From Candidatus Bathyarchaeota archaeon (GTDB taxonomy: Archaea; Thermoproteota; Bathyarchaeia; Bathyarchaeales; Bathycorpusculaceae), in the NCBI GenBank assembly GCA_963777155.1, contig CAVZPM010000036.1, forward strand, positions 64,001-128,000: a stretch of 64,000 bases of DNA, given 5' to 3'. Below are positions 31,916 through 43,051 of the stretch, piece after piece. Position 1 is the stretch's first letter. Each line of letters opens with the position of its first letter. The translations under genes and the position numbers were made by a program. Below the pieces are notes generated by a model. It made no database searches. It was not told the DNA's origin and saw only the letters and a list, made by a program, of their open reading frames with translations.

Positions 31916-33586
31916 ATGTCACATGAGAAAACAGTCGTGTCTGAAATACCAAAGTTTATTCTGCCCTTCTCTGAGGAAGTAGATCCCTCCGCTAAACTCG
32001 ATAGAGATGCCGCTACTGAAGTAGCGGCGATATTTGCGCTAGCAGAAATGGATAGAGAAAAGGGCAGCCGTATCCTTTCTAGGCGTTTAGGTGAGAAAAT
32101 CAACTTCATCGCGAAAATCGGATACCCATTCTGGTTGTATCCACTCTTAGATAAAGTTGCTCTGTTCGATGGCTTAAACTTATCAGAAAATGTATTGACC
32201 TACAGTAAAATAGCAAATGTAAAACATTTTCTAGATGGTCTAAAAAATAGTCTAAAGAACCGTGAAAACTTTGAGTATTTCCTCGCCGAACACGAACAAT
32301 ACTTTGTTAAAAAAGACCCTAAAGCAAACCTGAAATTACAAGGTTTAATCACCAAAATAGGCATGTTGAACGAATTTGACAACTACCGAAAAGAAGCGAC
32401 AAAAGCAACGGATCAATTTGCTCATATTGGCCTATTATCCTCCCCCATTAATCAGTCAAAGCTTTTGTCAGCAACGCAAGAAATTGCACATTTGCACTCA
32501 TCAATAGAAAAAGAAATCAAGAATCTAAATGGCGCCCTTGAGGTCCTAGGAAAGGGTTCACTTCAGTTCCACAACGAGCTTCACGATGAAATTGAGACAA
32601 TCAAGCAAGAGTTCGACCTTAGCATAAAAACTGAAGAGGCCACTGTAGCTCCAATATTGGAAGGTATTCGCGAGGAATACGATCAAAAAACCGCTTCTTT
32701 AGCCAGATCATTTAAGGCTGATCAAGTGCCTCTGCATGCTGAAAAGATAAAACTCACAAAATCTAAGAATGAACTATCTAACGAAATAGAACAATGTTGT
32801 GCTAACGCTAAAACAGTTGTGAGTGGCGACGAAAACGCAAGGCCTCGATGGAAAGAAAGGATCAAAGAAGCAAAGGATGAATTGTCCGAAACAGAAAAAC
32901 TACTAAAATTAAATGAGAAAGAACTTAAAGAACTTGAAGAGAGAAGAGCTTCTGAAGTTTTGCAGTTAAAGTCTGCTCATGAATCTGAGATTAAGGATGC
33001 GAGGAAAAATATTGTTGAGTTGGAAGCATCAAGGGACGCGAAGATTTTAGTTGCGAAGCAAGAAATGGAGAAACTGACAAGCGAAACCAAACTGATCAGC
33101 GATCAATTAGGCAAATTGGGGAAGTTAAAAGAAGTAGACATTGCCCAATTTGATAAGCTAGGCATAAAATCCTTCTCAGAGAATTTGGACAAAGCCCTTG
33201 TCTACATGCCCTTCTACGTGATATCTTATGGCAAAGAAACAAAGGATCGCTTCTTAATTGTGCCGCCTTCTTCAATGAGTGCCATAGATATATCGACAAA
33301 ACTTAAGGCTATACTCGGAAGGGCAAGAATCAAGTCCTTTCTAGCACCAAGATTCAAAGAATTAACCTCCATTGCTGAAAATATTCAGATACAAAGCCAA
33401 AAAAACAGCATCTTTGCGGCTGAACTTAAGCAGTTGGGCGCTATAAACAATATCTTGCTCACGGCTTGGATCCATGATGAAATTGAAAAAGGCTTAATGG
33501 GCTTGAAAAATCAAGGCTGGTTAAATGACAAACAATATGGGGCTGTTATGGCAGGCGTTAAAGCCACTCTAAAGCCGTCTGACTAA
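31916..33586 (+). CDS. Large coiled-coil hypothetical protein
   Basis: 556 aa with globular ends (GYPFW; YMPFY) and a long central coiled coil. Confidence 0.75.
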   Translation: MSHEKTVVSEIPKFILPFSEEVDPSAKLDRDAATEVAAIFALAEMDREKGSRILSRRLGEKINFIAKIGYPFWLYPLLDKVALFDGLNLSENVLTYSKIANVKHFLDGLKNSLKNRENFEYFLAEHEQYFVKKDPKANLKLQGLITKIGMLNEFDNYRKEATKATDQFAHIGLLSSPINQSKLLSATQEIAHLHSSIEKEIKNLNGALEVLGKGSLQFHNELHDEIETIKQEFDLSIKTEEATVAPILEGIREEYDQKTASLARSFKADQVPLHAEKIKLTKSKNELSNEIEQCCANAKTVVSGDENARPRWKERIKEAKDELSETEKLLKLNEKELKELEERRASEVLQLKSAHESEIKDARKNIVELEASRDAKILVAKQEMEKLTSETKLISDQLGKLGKLKEVDIAQFDKLGIKSFSENLDKALVYMPFYVISYGKETKDRFLIVPPSSMSAIDISTKLKAILGRARIKSFLAPRFKELTSIAENIQIQSQKNSIFAAELKQLGAINNILLTAWIHDEIEKGLMGLKNQGWLNDKQYGAVMAGVKATLKPSD

Positions 33587-33666
33587 CTACACCTTTCTTA
33601 GAACATTGCTCTTCCTTGGATGTTGGCATGTACTTTGGCTTGTTAGCTAAGATGTATTGTCAGTGG

Positions 33667-35034
33667 TTAGTTTTTTGGACCTCTTATTGCCTTAAATATG
33701 GTCAGAATTTCGATTCTGCCAATAAACATCGCCACAATGAGAATCCATTTAAAGATTGCTGGTAGATCAAGCGTTGTAGCGCCTGAGCTTATACCGTTGG
33801 TTGCCAGGGCGGAGCCAACCTCAAAGATTGAATTATAAATATTAGACCCTGATGCTGCAAATGCTATGCTTAAAATTATAAGAATTGCAATGAAAGTAAT
33901 CAAGTATACGACTAGTGATCTTAGCTCTGCTTTTGTTGGTTCGTCTTCGTTCTTGCGTATAGCATCGATGATTTGCTTGATTCGGCTAATTTTTATTCCG
34001 CCAGCCTGGCTAAAGCTGCAACCTCCAATTAGCACAAGGATGAAAAAGTAAATTGCGGCAGGTGGAAATGCTGAGTTAACAGCGACGTATTGAATTCCAG
34101 TTGAAGATAACATACTTACTGAATGGAAAAGTGCATCGAATGGGTTAATCCAGGCTAATAGCGAAATAACGATTGTTGATATCCCGATTATAATAAAATA
34201 TAATCTGATTTCTGGGGTCATGAGTTCTTTGATTTTTAGGCGGAAGAGGTTGTAGAGGAATCTAAAGTTTAAGCCACCTAGTAACATTAGCAGGATAACG
34301 CTTGCTTGGAAGATGCCTATTCCCGCTGTTATATTTGGTTGGTATCCACCGGTGAGAATATCCATGGCTGCGCAGCTTGCGACTATGAGGTTTGGCGAAT
34401 AAGCGTAGTAGAAGATGGCTGTAAATATAGCAACAATCATCGTGTAGATTATCATTATGGAGAGAAGCATTTTTCGGTAGTCGTCAGTAATTCTTTCTAT
34501 CCCCATAATGTTGAGGTATTTGTCGATGTCTTCTTGGGGGCACATGAAGGCAATGAGTATGTATATGAAGCCTACACCGCCGATGAATTCGACAAGGCTA
34601 CGGTAAAACAGCAGTGATAACGGAAGTGTTTGGGGGTTGGATATCAGGGAGAATCCAGTTGTTGTAAAGCCACTGATGGTTTCAAAGTAAGCGTTAGTGA
34701 ATAGGTCTATTGGGTTTGTGCTGTTAAACACGTTGTTCCAGATGTAGGGAACCATAAGAATTAGAGGAATTATCGTGAATGTTAAGAGCATTAGCCAAAG
34801 AGAAGTTTGCTCGTCGATCTCTTTGTGCTGTGCAAAGCTATTGAAGGCAAAGCCTATTCCAAATGCTATAAAACAAGTGACAATAATGCTTGCAACAGAT
34901 TGCAGTTCGCCGTTTTGTAATCCGATGGCTATTGGCAAAATAAGAAGTAAACCTGAAACCTGAAGAATAAATCCCATGTTAGCAACGATTCTGCGAAGCC
35001 TTTCCAATGTGTTCTCCAAAATGGCGATATACAC
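33667..35034 (-). CDS. trkH: Trk-type potassium uptake membrane protein
   Basis: FETISGFTTTG, IGGVG, LIGGCSFSQAGGIK, MFIGRIE motifs. Confidence 0.9.
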   Translation of the reverse strand: MYIAILENTLERLRRIVANMGFILQVSGLLLILPIAIGLQNGELQSVASIIVTCFIAFGIGFAFNSFAQHKEIDEQTSLWLMLLTFTIIPLILMVPYIWNNVFNSTNPIDLFTNAYFETISGFTTTGFSLISNPQTLPLSLLFYRSLVEFIGGVGFIYILIAFMCPQEDIDKYLNIMGIERITDDYRKMLLSIMIIYTMIVAIFTAIFYYAYSPNLIVASCAAMDILTGGYQPNITAGIGIFQASVILLMLLGGLNFRFLYNLFRLKIKELMTPEIRLYFIIIGISTIVISLLAWINPFDALFHSVSMLSSTGIQYVAVNSAFPPAAIYFFILVLIGGCSFSQAGGIKISRIKQIIDAIRKNEDEPTKAELRSLVVYLITFIAILIILSIAFAASGSNIYNSIFEVGSALATNGISSGATTLDLPAIFKWILIVAMFIGRIEILTIFKAIRGPKN

Positions 35035-35472
35035 TTGTTCTATATTAAAGCTTAAGCATCGAACTGAAACCAGATTTTTAGTGATGTATTGTGTTTGCGA
35101 GCGAGTAAGTAGATTAAGTGAGTTTGTGAACTAGAGGTGGGAGAATAAGAAGAAGAGAAGTTGATGTTAATGAAAAGAGAGGGAAGAGTAGATTTTACAC
35201 GTAAAATACGGGTTTGCAAATTTTGTTTAAACTGAGACGTTGATTGGTGAAGAGGCTCTGTCGTTTTTGAAAGATACGGAAAGGGTCACAATTGTTCCGA
35301 CATTTACTTTGCTTGAAACTGTTATTCTTCCACCAAGAGCTTCAACGAACCTCTTGCAAAACAAATAGGCTAAAATGTTTTTTTTGATTTTTTAGGAAGT
35401 ATGTTAAGCAATTTTATATTTGGCTATTGGCTTTCCCTTCAAAAAAAGGAAGGATTGTTTTAGTCGATTGCT

Positions 35473-38088
35473 TTATGGTTTTTTCCGAAGCATCAACAAT
35501 GCAAGAACTACGCCAATTACGATGACTGCGACAAACAAGCCTGCGATTGCAGGAACGAAGTATTGATCAGTTACACTTATTATGTGTTCGCTTGTTGGTG
35601 TAGAGGTTGGTGTTGCTACTTCGTCTGCTGCGAACGAGGTTACAGCTTGTGATGGCCAGTATGATTTGCTTCCAGCGAACGATGCGTAAACTACGTATTC
35701 GCCAGGGATGTCTGGTTTCCAGTCAAATGTGAAGTAACCCTCAGTGGTGCTTGTGGTTGTGCCGATTTCTCTATAGTTGCCATTAGAATCAACAACGTTA
35801 AGTGTAATCAGGACGCCTGTAGCGTTTGTCGGTTTAGATTGTTGCATGTATACGTATTCCATCCATGATGACATACTATCGTCAGAGACGCATCCAATGC
35901 CGTTGGGGAATCTTGCGCTTCGGTCGTTATCTTTTGTGCCTGAGGAAATATCGGTTATGGTGCCGCTGATAACGATTGATTTGCCCGTTTGTACTCCTGC
36001 TTGAGGGGCGGTAACTGTTAGTTGGGTTGGACCTTTTCCGAATGTGTAGATTTGTGCATCGTAGCTGTTGTAGCCTACCATATAGCCGTCGGCGATAACG
36101 CTTGGTTCACGTGCATATGTGCCAAGCAGACTCCAGACTAGTGATCCGTCAGTGCAGTTTATTGCCAGTTTCTTTGCGCCTGCAAACAGCGGTGGGTCGT
36201 ACATGCGACCTTCTGAAAGGAACAGTTTTCCGTCAGCTATACTGTGTGACCCGAAGTGCCATATTGGATATACACCGTATGGAGTATCGTATCCTGCACT
36301 TTTAGGTGCAAAAGTCCAAGCAACCGTTGCTGTTTTTAGGTCGATTGCATTTACGTAGCCACCGAAGTCCCAGATGTAGCATTTGCCATATGCGATTGCG
36401 CCAGCGCGTGATAAGGTACTTAAAGCGTTACCTTCAAGCTGGATGGTTCCACCGATTTGGCTACCTGTCAATGTGTTGTAGACATATGCTTGGTTTGTGT
36501 CTTTGTCGTGTTCAACGTAGTAGCCGTCACCAATAGCGATTGGTGCGATTTCGTGGAATTGAGCAAGTGTGCGGTTTACTGGTCCCCATAATAGTTGACC
36601 TGTCCTAGCATCCATTGCGCATTCAATTTCGTTGGTTCCACCGAATTCGTTTGCAAAGGTTCCTAAGGATTGTGGATATGATCGAAGCAAGATTATGTCG
36701 TTATTTTGCGCTGCAATGCTTAGTGCTGGGTTTATGGCGCCATTGTTCAGTGATGTTGGAATTGGAACTTCCCATTGATAGCCTCCTGCGTAGCTCATGT
36801 TACCTGATGGACGGATAGTCACTGCACTTGCGTCGCTTGTACCAAAGAAACTAGGTGAACCCACGGATAAGCAGCGTGTTGAGTTCCACATAAGTAGAGT
36901 GGGCTTAGCGAAATCTGTACTATTAACGCGGTACATGTAGACTGCTCCTTGTGAGCTATCATCTTTTGTTTCTACTAGTCCTGATGATGCAGGTGCTGGG
37001 ACATTGGTGATGTTTGCAATCCAATATCCTGTCATGGGGTCAAATAGTTGCCATTGACCAGTTCCAGTGGAGAACATCGCTGGACTCTGAGAACTTCCAA
37101 CGAGGAATGCTTGTGTTCCGTATTCCTGTATGGTGTGGAACTGCATTACAAAGCCGAAGTCTAAGGTGTCCTTTGTGTCTTTGTGCCATAGCAGCTCTCC
37201 AGTGCGTAGGTCGACTGCGTTCCAACCTGGGGTCTCTACACTTGTTTCAGTGGTTGGTGTATTTGTGTAAACTTTGTAGTAGATAATGCCGTTTAGGATG
37301 ACTGGTTCAAATTGCCGGTAGAGAATCGAGGTTGATGTGTAGTGGCTTTCTTGGTCGCCGCTGATTGGTAAACCAACTTGGCCGCCGAAAGAGTTTGGCT
37401 TAACCCACATGATGTGAGCTGAGTTTGGCGCTTCCGTGTATGGGTTGAAGTTGTTTCCAGAGGCGTCGTAGCCGCCAGTGTCAGTGAATGCTGGTTTGTT
37501 TAGTCCCCACCAGTTGCCACCGAGTACGGACCATGCGTAGTTTGTCGCGTAGATTGGGCGTGACCAGTATTCAGTTGGTAATGGAGTTAGTGGGGTGGTT
37601 GGGATTGCTTCTGTCTGGACTGTGAAGGTGTCAGGGGCACTCTGAGTGGGCAGGATGTTATATCCTCCGCCACCTGAGAGTAGTTGACCTGCATAGAATG
37701 CTTGAACGGTATAGTTGCCGGTGACTGTTGGTGAGAATTCGATTCCGCCGACTCCTCCGGTGGTGTCGCTTGTGTACGGGCCAAGAGTAGTGTTGGTTCC
37801 ATCTGGATGGACAAGATTGAGTGTTAAGCCGGTGTATAGAGATCCGCCGCCGAATGCTCCGGGTACCGGGATTGGTTTAGTGAAGAAAAGACTGATGTAT
37901 ACTGTCTGGCCGATCCCTACTGGGTTCGGTTCAGCGTAGACTTTTAGATACACTGGGATGTCTATTGCTGCCTTTGTTGTTGTTATTTGAGACATCTGTA
38001 TAGTCATAGGTATAATTAATATTGCTAGAAGAATAGCCGCAATCAAAGATTTTGTTTTTTTCATTTTTTTTCCTCTTTCATTTGGCAA
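35473..38088 (-). CDS. Membrane-anchored PQQ-like beta-propeller surface protein
   Basis: Signal peptide, repeated AxDxxTGxxxW motifs, Ig-like flanks, C-terminal TM + RKKP. Confidence 0.85.
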   Translation of the reverse strand: MPNERGKKMKKTKSLIAAILLAILIIPMTIQMSQITTTKAAIDIPVYLKVYAEPNPVGIGQTVYISLFFTKPIPVPGAFGGGSLYTGLTLNLVHPDGTNTTLGPYTSDTTGGVGGIEFSPTVTGNYTVQAFYAGQLLSGGGGYNILPTQSAPDTFTVQTEAIPTTPLTPLPTEYWSRPIYATNYAWSVLGGNWWGLNKPAFTDTGGYDASGNNFNPYTEAPNSAHIMWVKPNSFGGQVGLPISGDQESHYTSTSILYRQFEPVILNGIIYYKVYTNTPTTETSVETPGWNAVDLRTGELLWHKDTKDTLDFGFVMQFHTIQEYGTQAFLVGSSQSPAMFSTGTGQWQLFDPMTGYWIANITNVPAPASSGLVETKDDSSQGAVYMYRVNSTDFAKPTLLMWNSTRCLSVGSPSFFGTSDASAVTIRPSGNMSYAGGYQWEVPIPTSLNNGAINPALSIAAQNNDIILLRSYPQSLGTFANEFGGTNEIECAMDARTGQLLWGPVNRTLAQFHEIAPIAIGDGYYVEHDKDTNQAYVYNTLTGSQIGGTIQLEGNALSTLSRAGAIAYGKCYIWDFGGYVNAIDLKTATVAWTFAPKSAGYDTPYGVYPIWHFGSHSIADGKLFLSEGRMYDPPLFAGAKKLAINCTDGSLVWSLLGTYAREPSVIADGYMVGYNSYDAQIYTFGKGPTQLTVTAPQAGVQTGKSIVISGTITDISSGTKDNDRSARFPNGIGCVSDDSMSSWMEYVYMQQSKPTNATGVLITLNVVDSNGNYREIGTTTSTTEGYFTFDWKPDIPGEYVVYASFAGSKSYWPSQAVTSFAADEVATPTSTPTSEHIISVTDQYFVPAIAGLFVAVIVIGVVLALLMLRKKP

Positions 38089-38316
38089 GAAATAAACGTT
38101 TTTTTGAACATTTGCCCTTGCCCAAGCTCTGTTTTGCTGGTCTAAACATATAACACTTGTGGCGAAAAGCTATTGTTGATTAACAAAAAATGAATTTTCA
38201 ACATCAAATCTTTGCTTCTGAGCAGAAATGATCACCATTGACTAAGAAAAAATTATCTCTTGGGTCCAGAGTGATAAAGTCCTATTGAGAACCTGATTTA
38301 AACAAAAACGTGTGCA

Positions 38317-38631
38317 TTATTTTATTTGTTCAGCGTAATTTAGTTGCAGATCCGTTATCAATCTTCTTAGGTGTTCCCTTTCTGTGTTCTCAAGGTTGGG
38401 TTCTATTTTGTCGACAAGCGAGATAATGCAGTCTATGGCGATATGAGCCCTGACGAGATCTTTAGTAATTTTGTTTGTGTGCGGATCAACTCTTAAGCCA
38501 ATATAACGCCAGGCTTGCACACTTAGCAGCATAATAAACAGCTCTATAAGCGGGTAAATATCCAAAGAAGATATGTCAACTGGTCTTGGCTCTTGCTCTT
38601 TGTTTTCAGACTCTCCTGGTGTGGAACTCAA
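38317..38631 (-). CDS. DUF1844-like protein
   Basis: QAWRYIGL...DLVRAHIAID...LQLNY pattern. Confidence 0.7.
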   Translation of the reverse strand: MSSTPGESENKEQEPRPVDISSLDIYPLIELFIMLLSVQAWRYIGLRVDPHTNKITKDLVRAHIAIDCIISLVDKIEPNLENTEREHLRRLITDLQLNYAEQIK

Positions 38632-38916
38632 CTACAAATATCTCTCCTATGATAGTGCGTTTCGTCTTTATTTCCTAATTCTTAATAGAAATATGTTGTT
38701 TTAAATATTTTTAGAGAAAAAAGAAAATGAATAAAAGAAACTCAATTCAATTAAGCCTGCACCGAGTTGGGATGGGGCTTGCTGTTTTTCTTCTTTGCAG
38801 CTTTCTGCAGTTTTTCCATAAAAACGCCGGATTATCTTCTCAGTAGTTGTCCCGTCACCAAATGGGTGTTAAGACGTGAAAACCTTAAACCCGCTTTAAT
38901 TTTTGGAATTTAATAT

Positions 38917-39570
38917 CTATTTCTTCCCTTCGCATTTGGCGAAATCTTCTTTGAATTTCTTAATTCCAATTTCAGTTAGCGGATGATTCCACATCTTTGC
39001 TAAGACATCGGCTGGTATTGTTGCAATATGTGCTCCAGCTTTTGCTGCTTCTAAAACATGAATCGGATGCCTAATGCTTGCAACAATAACTTTTGTCTTA
39101 AATCCATAGTTCCTGTAAATTTGCATTATATCTCGAATCAAGTTCATTCCATCTTCAGAGATATCATCCAGTCTTCCAATAAAAGGCGATACAAAGCTTG
39201 CACCTGCCTTCGCTGCAATCAATGCTTGACCTGCACTAAACACTAAGGTTACGTTTGTTTTAATTCCCCTCGCTTCGAGTATTCTTGCAGCCTTAATCCC
39301 TTCCTGACTAAACGCAATTTTTATTACAATATTTTTTGCCCATTTTGAATATACTTCTGCCTCGCAAACAATCTCATTACACGTATCTGCATTACCTTCA
39401 ACCGAAATAGGTCCCGCTATTACTTGCGCAATCTCAGCAATTATCTCCCGCTGACTCTTTCCGCCCTCTTTTGCACAAAGTGTGGGATTCGTTGTAACTC
39501 CATCGACAACTCCAAGTGCGGCTGCTTTTTTGATCTGTTCAATATTCGCAGTATCTAAAAAGAAATCCAT
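38917..39570 (-). CDS. tal: Transaldolase (Fsa/TalC family)
   Basis: FLDTAN, GVTTNPT, NVTLVFS, SPFIGRLDD, ASIRHP, HPLT. Confidence 0.93.
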   Translation of the reverse strand: MDFFLDTANIEQIKKAAALGVVDGVTTNPTLCAKEGGKSQREIIAEIAQVIAGPISVEGNADTCNEIVCEAEVYSKWAKNIVIKIAFSQEGIKAARILEARGIKTNVTLVFSAGQALIAAKAGASFVSPFIGRLDDISEDGMNLIRDIMQIYRNYGFKTKVIVASIRHPIHVLEAAKAGAHIATIPADVLAKMWNHPLTEIGIKKFKEDFAKCEGKK

Positions 39571-39621
39571 AATTTTTCCCTCAAAATTGATACCATAATA
39601 AGCAATTAAAACCCTTCCCCA

Positions 39622-40638
39622 CTAATTGGCCTGTAATTCGTTTTTATGGTTCTCTCGAACGAATCTGGCAATTCCCTCTGAGTCAAGCCCATATTTTTTC
39701 ATAAGTTCAAGGGGTTCTCCTGATTCGCAGAACATATTTCTTATCCCATGCCGCTTTAATGTGCATGGGGTCAACTTTCCTAATTCGCTTAAGACTTCTG
39801 CAATTGCCCCTCCGAGTCCACCTGTTATTTGATGATCTTCAACACTAATTATCAGACCCGTTTTTTTTGCCCAAAATTTGATCGCGTCTTCATCAATTGG
39901 CTTAACTGTATGACAATCAATTACTGCACAAGAGATTCCTTCGGATTCAAGTTTCTCTGCTGCAATTATTGACTCATATACTTGTGGTCCACATGCAAAA
40001 ATTGCCACATCTTCTCCGTCCCGGTAAATATTTGCCTTTCCAATTGCAAATGGTGTTAAATGTGTAGTAAACGCAGGCATTTTCTCTCGACATGACCTAA
40101 TGTAAACTGGATTTTTTGTTTTACTAGCTTCAATCGTTGCTTTTCTTGCCTCTTCAACATCTGCTGGAACAATGACTGTCATATTCGGAAGAACTCTAGT
40201 AATTGCAATATCTTCCAATGCTTGGTGAGATGCCCCATCTGGTCCAACTGTAACTCCCGTATGTGAACCGTGTAATTTTACTGGTACATTATTATAACAA
40301 AGTGAAACACGAATCTGATCCCAATTTCTTCCAGGCGAGAAAACCCCGTACGCAGAGATAAAAACCGTTTTCCCCGAAGAAGCAATTCCTGCAGCAACTC
40401 CTGCTAAATTCTGCTCAGACACTCCAACTTGGACAAATCGATCTGGATACTTTTCCGCAAACCAATGGGTTCTCGTACTTTCAGAAACATCGGCAGTCAT
40501 TACCCATAAATTTGGATTTTCAGCTCCAATCTCAACTAATGCTTTCCCAAATCCATCCCGACTTGGTTTCTTATTCTGAGGAGCATCAATATTTTCGATC
40601 AGACCCATTTGCTTATTTATTTTTAATGAATTTACCAT
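39622..40638 (-). CDS. Transketolase, C-terminal (pyrimidine-binding) subunit
   Basis: GVSEQN, GPDGASHQ, TVKPID, EDH...GGLG. Confidence 0.93.
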   Translation of the reverse strand: MVNSLKINKQMGLIENIDAPQNKKPSRDGFGKALVEIGAENPNLWVMTADVSESTRTHWFAEKYPDRFVQVGVSEQNLAGVAAGIASSGKTVFISAYGVFSPGRNWDQIRVSLCYNNVPVKLHGSHTGVTVGPDGASHQALEDIAITRVLPNMTVIVPADVEEARKATIEASKTKNPVYIRSCREKMPAFTTHLTPFAIGKANIYRDGEDVAIFACGPQVYESIIAAEKLESEGISCAVIDCHTVKPIDEDAIKFWAKKTGLIISVEDHQITGGLGGAIAEVLSELGKLTPCTLKRHGIRNMFCESGEPLELMKKYGLDSEGIARFVRENHKNELQAN

Positions 40639-40680
40639 TTAAACACCATAAAATTATTTCCAATTTACTTTTGTACTTGT

Positions 40681-42300
40681 CTACTCCCTCTCTTCATTTC
40701 CGTAGAACTTTCTTTCCTGTTTAAGATCTTCTAATGCTGTTATTGCTTCTTTATCGCCCGGCGATTTTCCGTGCCACTCGGTAATAAATTCCATGAATGA
40801 GATATCTTTTCCAGGAACGGTATGTGCGATTATCATCGTTGGTTTATCGATTATTGTTTTCGCTTCATTACACGCTGAAATAATTTGTTGAATATTATGA
40901 CCATCGACACTAATTACGTTCCATCCGAATGCTCTGTATTTTTCTTCAAGTGGTTCAAGTGGAAGAACATCTTCAGTAAATCCATCGATTTGAATATTAT
41001 TTCGATCCATAATTGCAACTAAATTTCCGAGTTTAAATTTAGATGCCAAAAGTGCCGCTTCCCACATTTGTCCCTCGTTATGCTCACCATCTGAACAGAC
41101 ACAATAAACCCGCCAACCCTTTTTTTCTCTCTTCGCAACAAGTGCCATTCCAACCGCGATCGAAAGTCCCTGGCCAAGAGGACCTGAACAATTCTCGATT
41201 CCGGGCAATGATTCTCTATGAGGATGCCCTTGTAGTCTTGATCCCAATTTTCTAAGTGTCATTAACTCTTCTTTTGGGAAATATCCTGCTTCAGACATTG
41301 TAGCATATAGTCCCGGACAAACGTGTCCGTTTGATAATACAAGTCTATCCCGACCGTCCCAACTCGGATTTTTTGGGTCGTGGTTTAAAACATTAAAGTA
41401 AAGTGCAGCAAAAACGTCGGCTAAACCCATTGCGCCTGCGGGGTGACCTGATTTTGCTGCATGAAGCATTTTAACAATACTTTGCCTAATATTATTTGAT
41501 AGTAAATAGAGTTCCTTTATATCGTTAATTTTTTTTGCTCCAACTTCAACCGATGGACTTGGCGCAAGAAGCGTTTGTTTTGGAGGTTCGGTAACAAGTT
41601 TTGGTGCTTCAACTTCTATGGTTGTTTTCTCCGAACAAATTTGCCATTTATTTTGACCTCGTATTCCCGACTCGAGGATATTCTGAACTGCGTCTGGAAT
41701 ACTTTTTGCCATAAAAATTGCGCTCGATGCCGCAAGAATATTTGCTCCTGCTCTACTAGCACTCTCGGAAGTTTCGGGATTTATTCCCCCATCAACTTCA
41801 ATTTCGAGATCTGGGAATTTCGCTCGAAGAGCCTGGATTTTGGATTCGACTTCAGCAATGTACTTTTGACCGCTATAACCAGGGTTAACGGTCATAATTA
41901 GAACTTGCTTGATGTCTTTGTCATTTATATATGGATAAAGTTTTTCGATTGGTGTTGACGGGTTAATAGCAAGACCTATCTTTCCACCGGAAGCGCGTGT
42001 TTTTTCTATTTCACTCCAATCAAAAATAGTCTCAACATGAATTATATGCTTATGGTTTCCAGGAACTTTTGAAATCCAGTTTTCAGGATCCTTGACCATC
42101 CAGTGGAATTCGTAAGAGATTCCTGAGGGAAGATTTGTTAAACTTTCAAGTCCGATGCTATTATTTGGGACAAAAATATTGTCCATGATGTCTATATGAA
42201 CAGTTGTAACGCTTGGCTTAACTTTTTCGATCTGAGCTATCAGTTCTTCTCTGCTTTTTACTAAGATTGCTGGTATTACTTCTACGTCCATTTGGATCAA
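40681..42300 (-). CDS. Ribulose-5-phosphate 3-epimerase fused to transketolase N-terminal subunit
   Basis: N-half HIDIMD, HWMV, MTVNPGYSGQ, VDGGIN; C-half SGHP, LSNGH, LQGHP, GPLGQG, DGEHNEG. Confidence 0.92.
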   Translation of the reverse strand: MIQMDVEVIPAILVKSREELIAQIEKVKPSVTTVHIDIMDNIFVPNNSIGLESLTNLPSGISYEFHWMVKDPENWISKVPGNHKHIIHVETIFDWSEIEKTRASGGKIGLAINPSTPIEKLYPYINDKDIKQVLIMTVNPGYSGQKYIAEVESKIQALRAKFPDLEIEVDGGINPETSESASRAGANILAASSAIFMAKSIPDAVQNILESGIRGQNKWQICSEKTTIEVEAPKLVTEPPKQTLLAPSPSVEVGAKKINDIKELYLLSNNIRQSIVKMLHAAKSGHPAGAMGLADVFAALYFNVLNHDPKNPSWDGRDRLVLSNGHVCPGLYATMSEAGYFPKEELMTLRKLGSRLQGHPHRESLPGIENCSGPLGQGLSIAVGMALVAKREKKGWRVYCVCSDGEHNEGQMWEAALLASKFKLGNLVAIMDRNNIQIDGFTEDVLPLEPLEEKYRAFGWNVISVDGHNIQQIISACNEAKTIIDKPTMIIAHTVPGKDISFMEFITEWHGKSPGDKEAITALEDLKQERKFYGNEERE

Positions 42301-42678
42301 CTGTTAAACCTGAATTTTTCTTACTGTTTGCCAATGTGGCTTGCTAATTTTTTGAGTAGACTTGTTACAAAATGGATGCCACTAGCTTTTAAGCCTTCAT
42401 TAATGAAGTCACTGATTTTTATCCATGGTCATTGATGTTTTGACTGCTTGTCCTCTGTTAGGCTTTCTAGTCTCTTTTCGCCTTTTCTTCATTTTATGTT
42501 GTGAAACAAAAAATATTGCTTAAACAATACTTTATCTAAGTTGAATCGTGTGCCATTTAGAAAATTACGTTAGTAACAGTACACCGCTTTGGGGTGTTAC
42601 CTAAAAAATTATATTATAACCGGATTGAATAAGAAGACTAATTATTCCAATGAAATCATAAAGTAACAACGGATTATT

Positions 42679-42810
42679 CTAAAGCCACGAATATTTTGAT
42701 CGAACAACTTTACATTTAGGGCAGATTGCTAAAATGACTTCGCCTTTAACGATCATTTCCGGTTGGTCTATGCAGTTGCAGTTTAGACAAGCACAAACTG
42801 TTGAGTCCAT
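42679..42810 (-). CDS. Zinc-ribbon microprotein (43 aa), not in ORF track
   Basis: MDSTVCACLNCNCIDQPEMIVKGEVILAICPKCKVVRSKYSWL. Confidence 0.5.
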   Translation of the reverse strand: MDSTVCACLNCNCIDQPEMIVKGEVILAICPKCKVVRSKYSWL

Positions 42811-43051
42811 ATTTTTTCACTCATTTTTCCTTTTTAAGTTTAAGTTTGGCGTAAATTCGTTAATACAACATACATTCGAATCTTTTGTCTTTTAGAAAAT
42901 TCTTCATTTCTAAGAGTAATCAATTATTCAATCAGAAGTATTATAAAATTTTTTCGATTGAGTGTTAACATGATTGGCTAACGACTCAAATCTATTAATT
43001 TTTTGTCTTTTCAGGGGGTTGACCACCCCGAAAAGTAATCGGTATTCTTCT

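Noticed and set aside
37055-37075. GTTCCAGTGGA resembling an ORB origin box
   Set aside because: Single copy inside a coding region, with no G-string and no cdc6 nearby.
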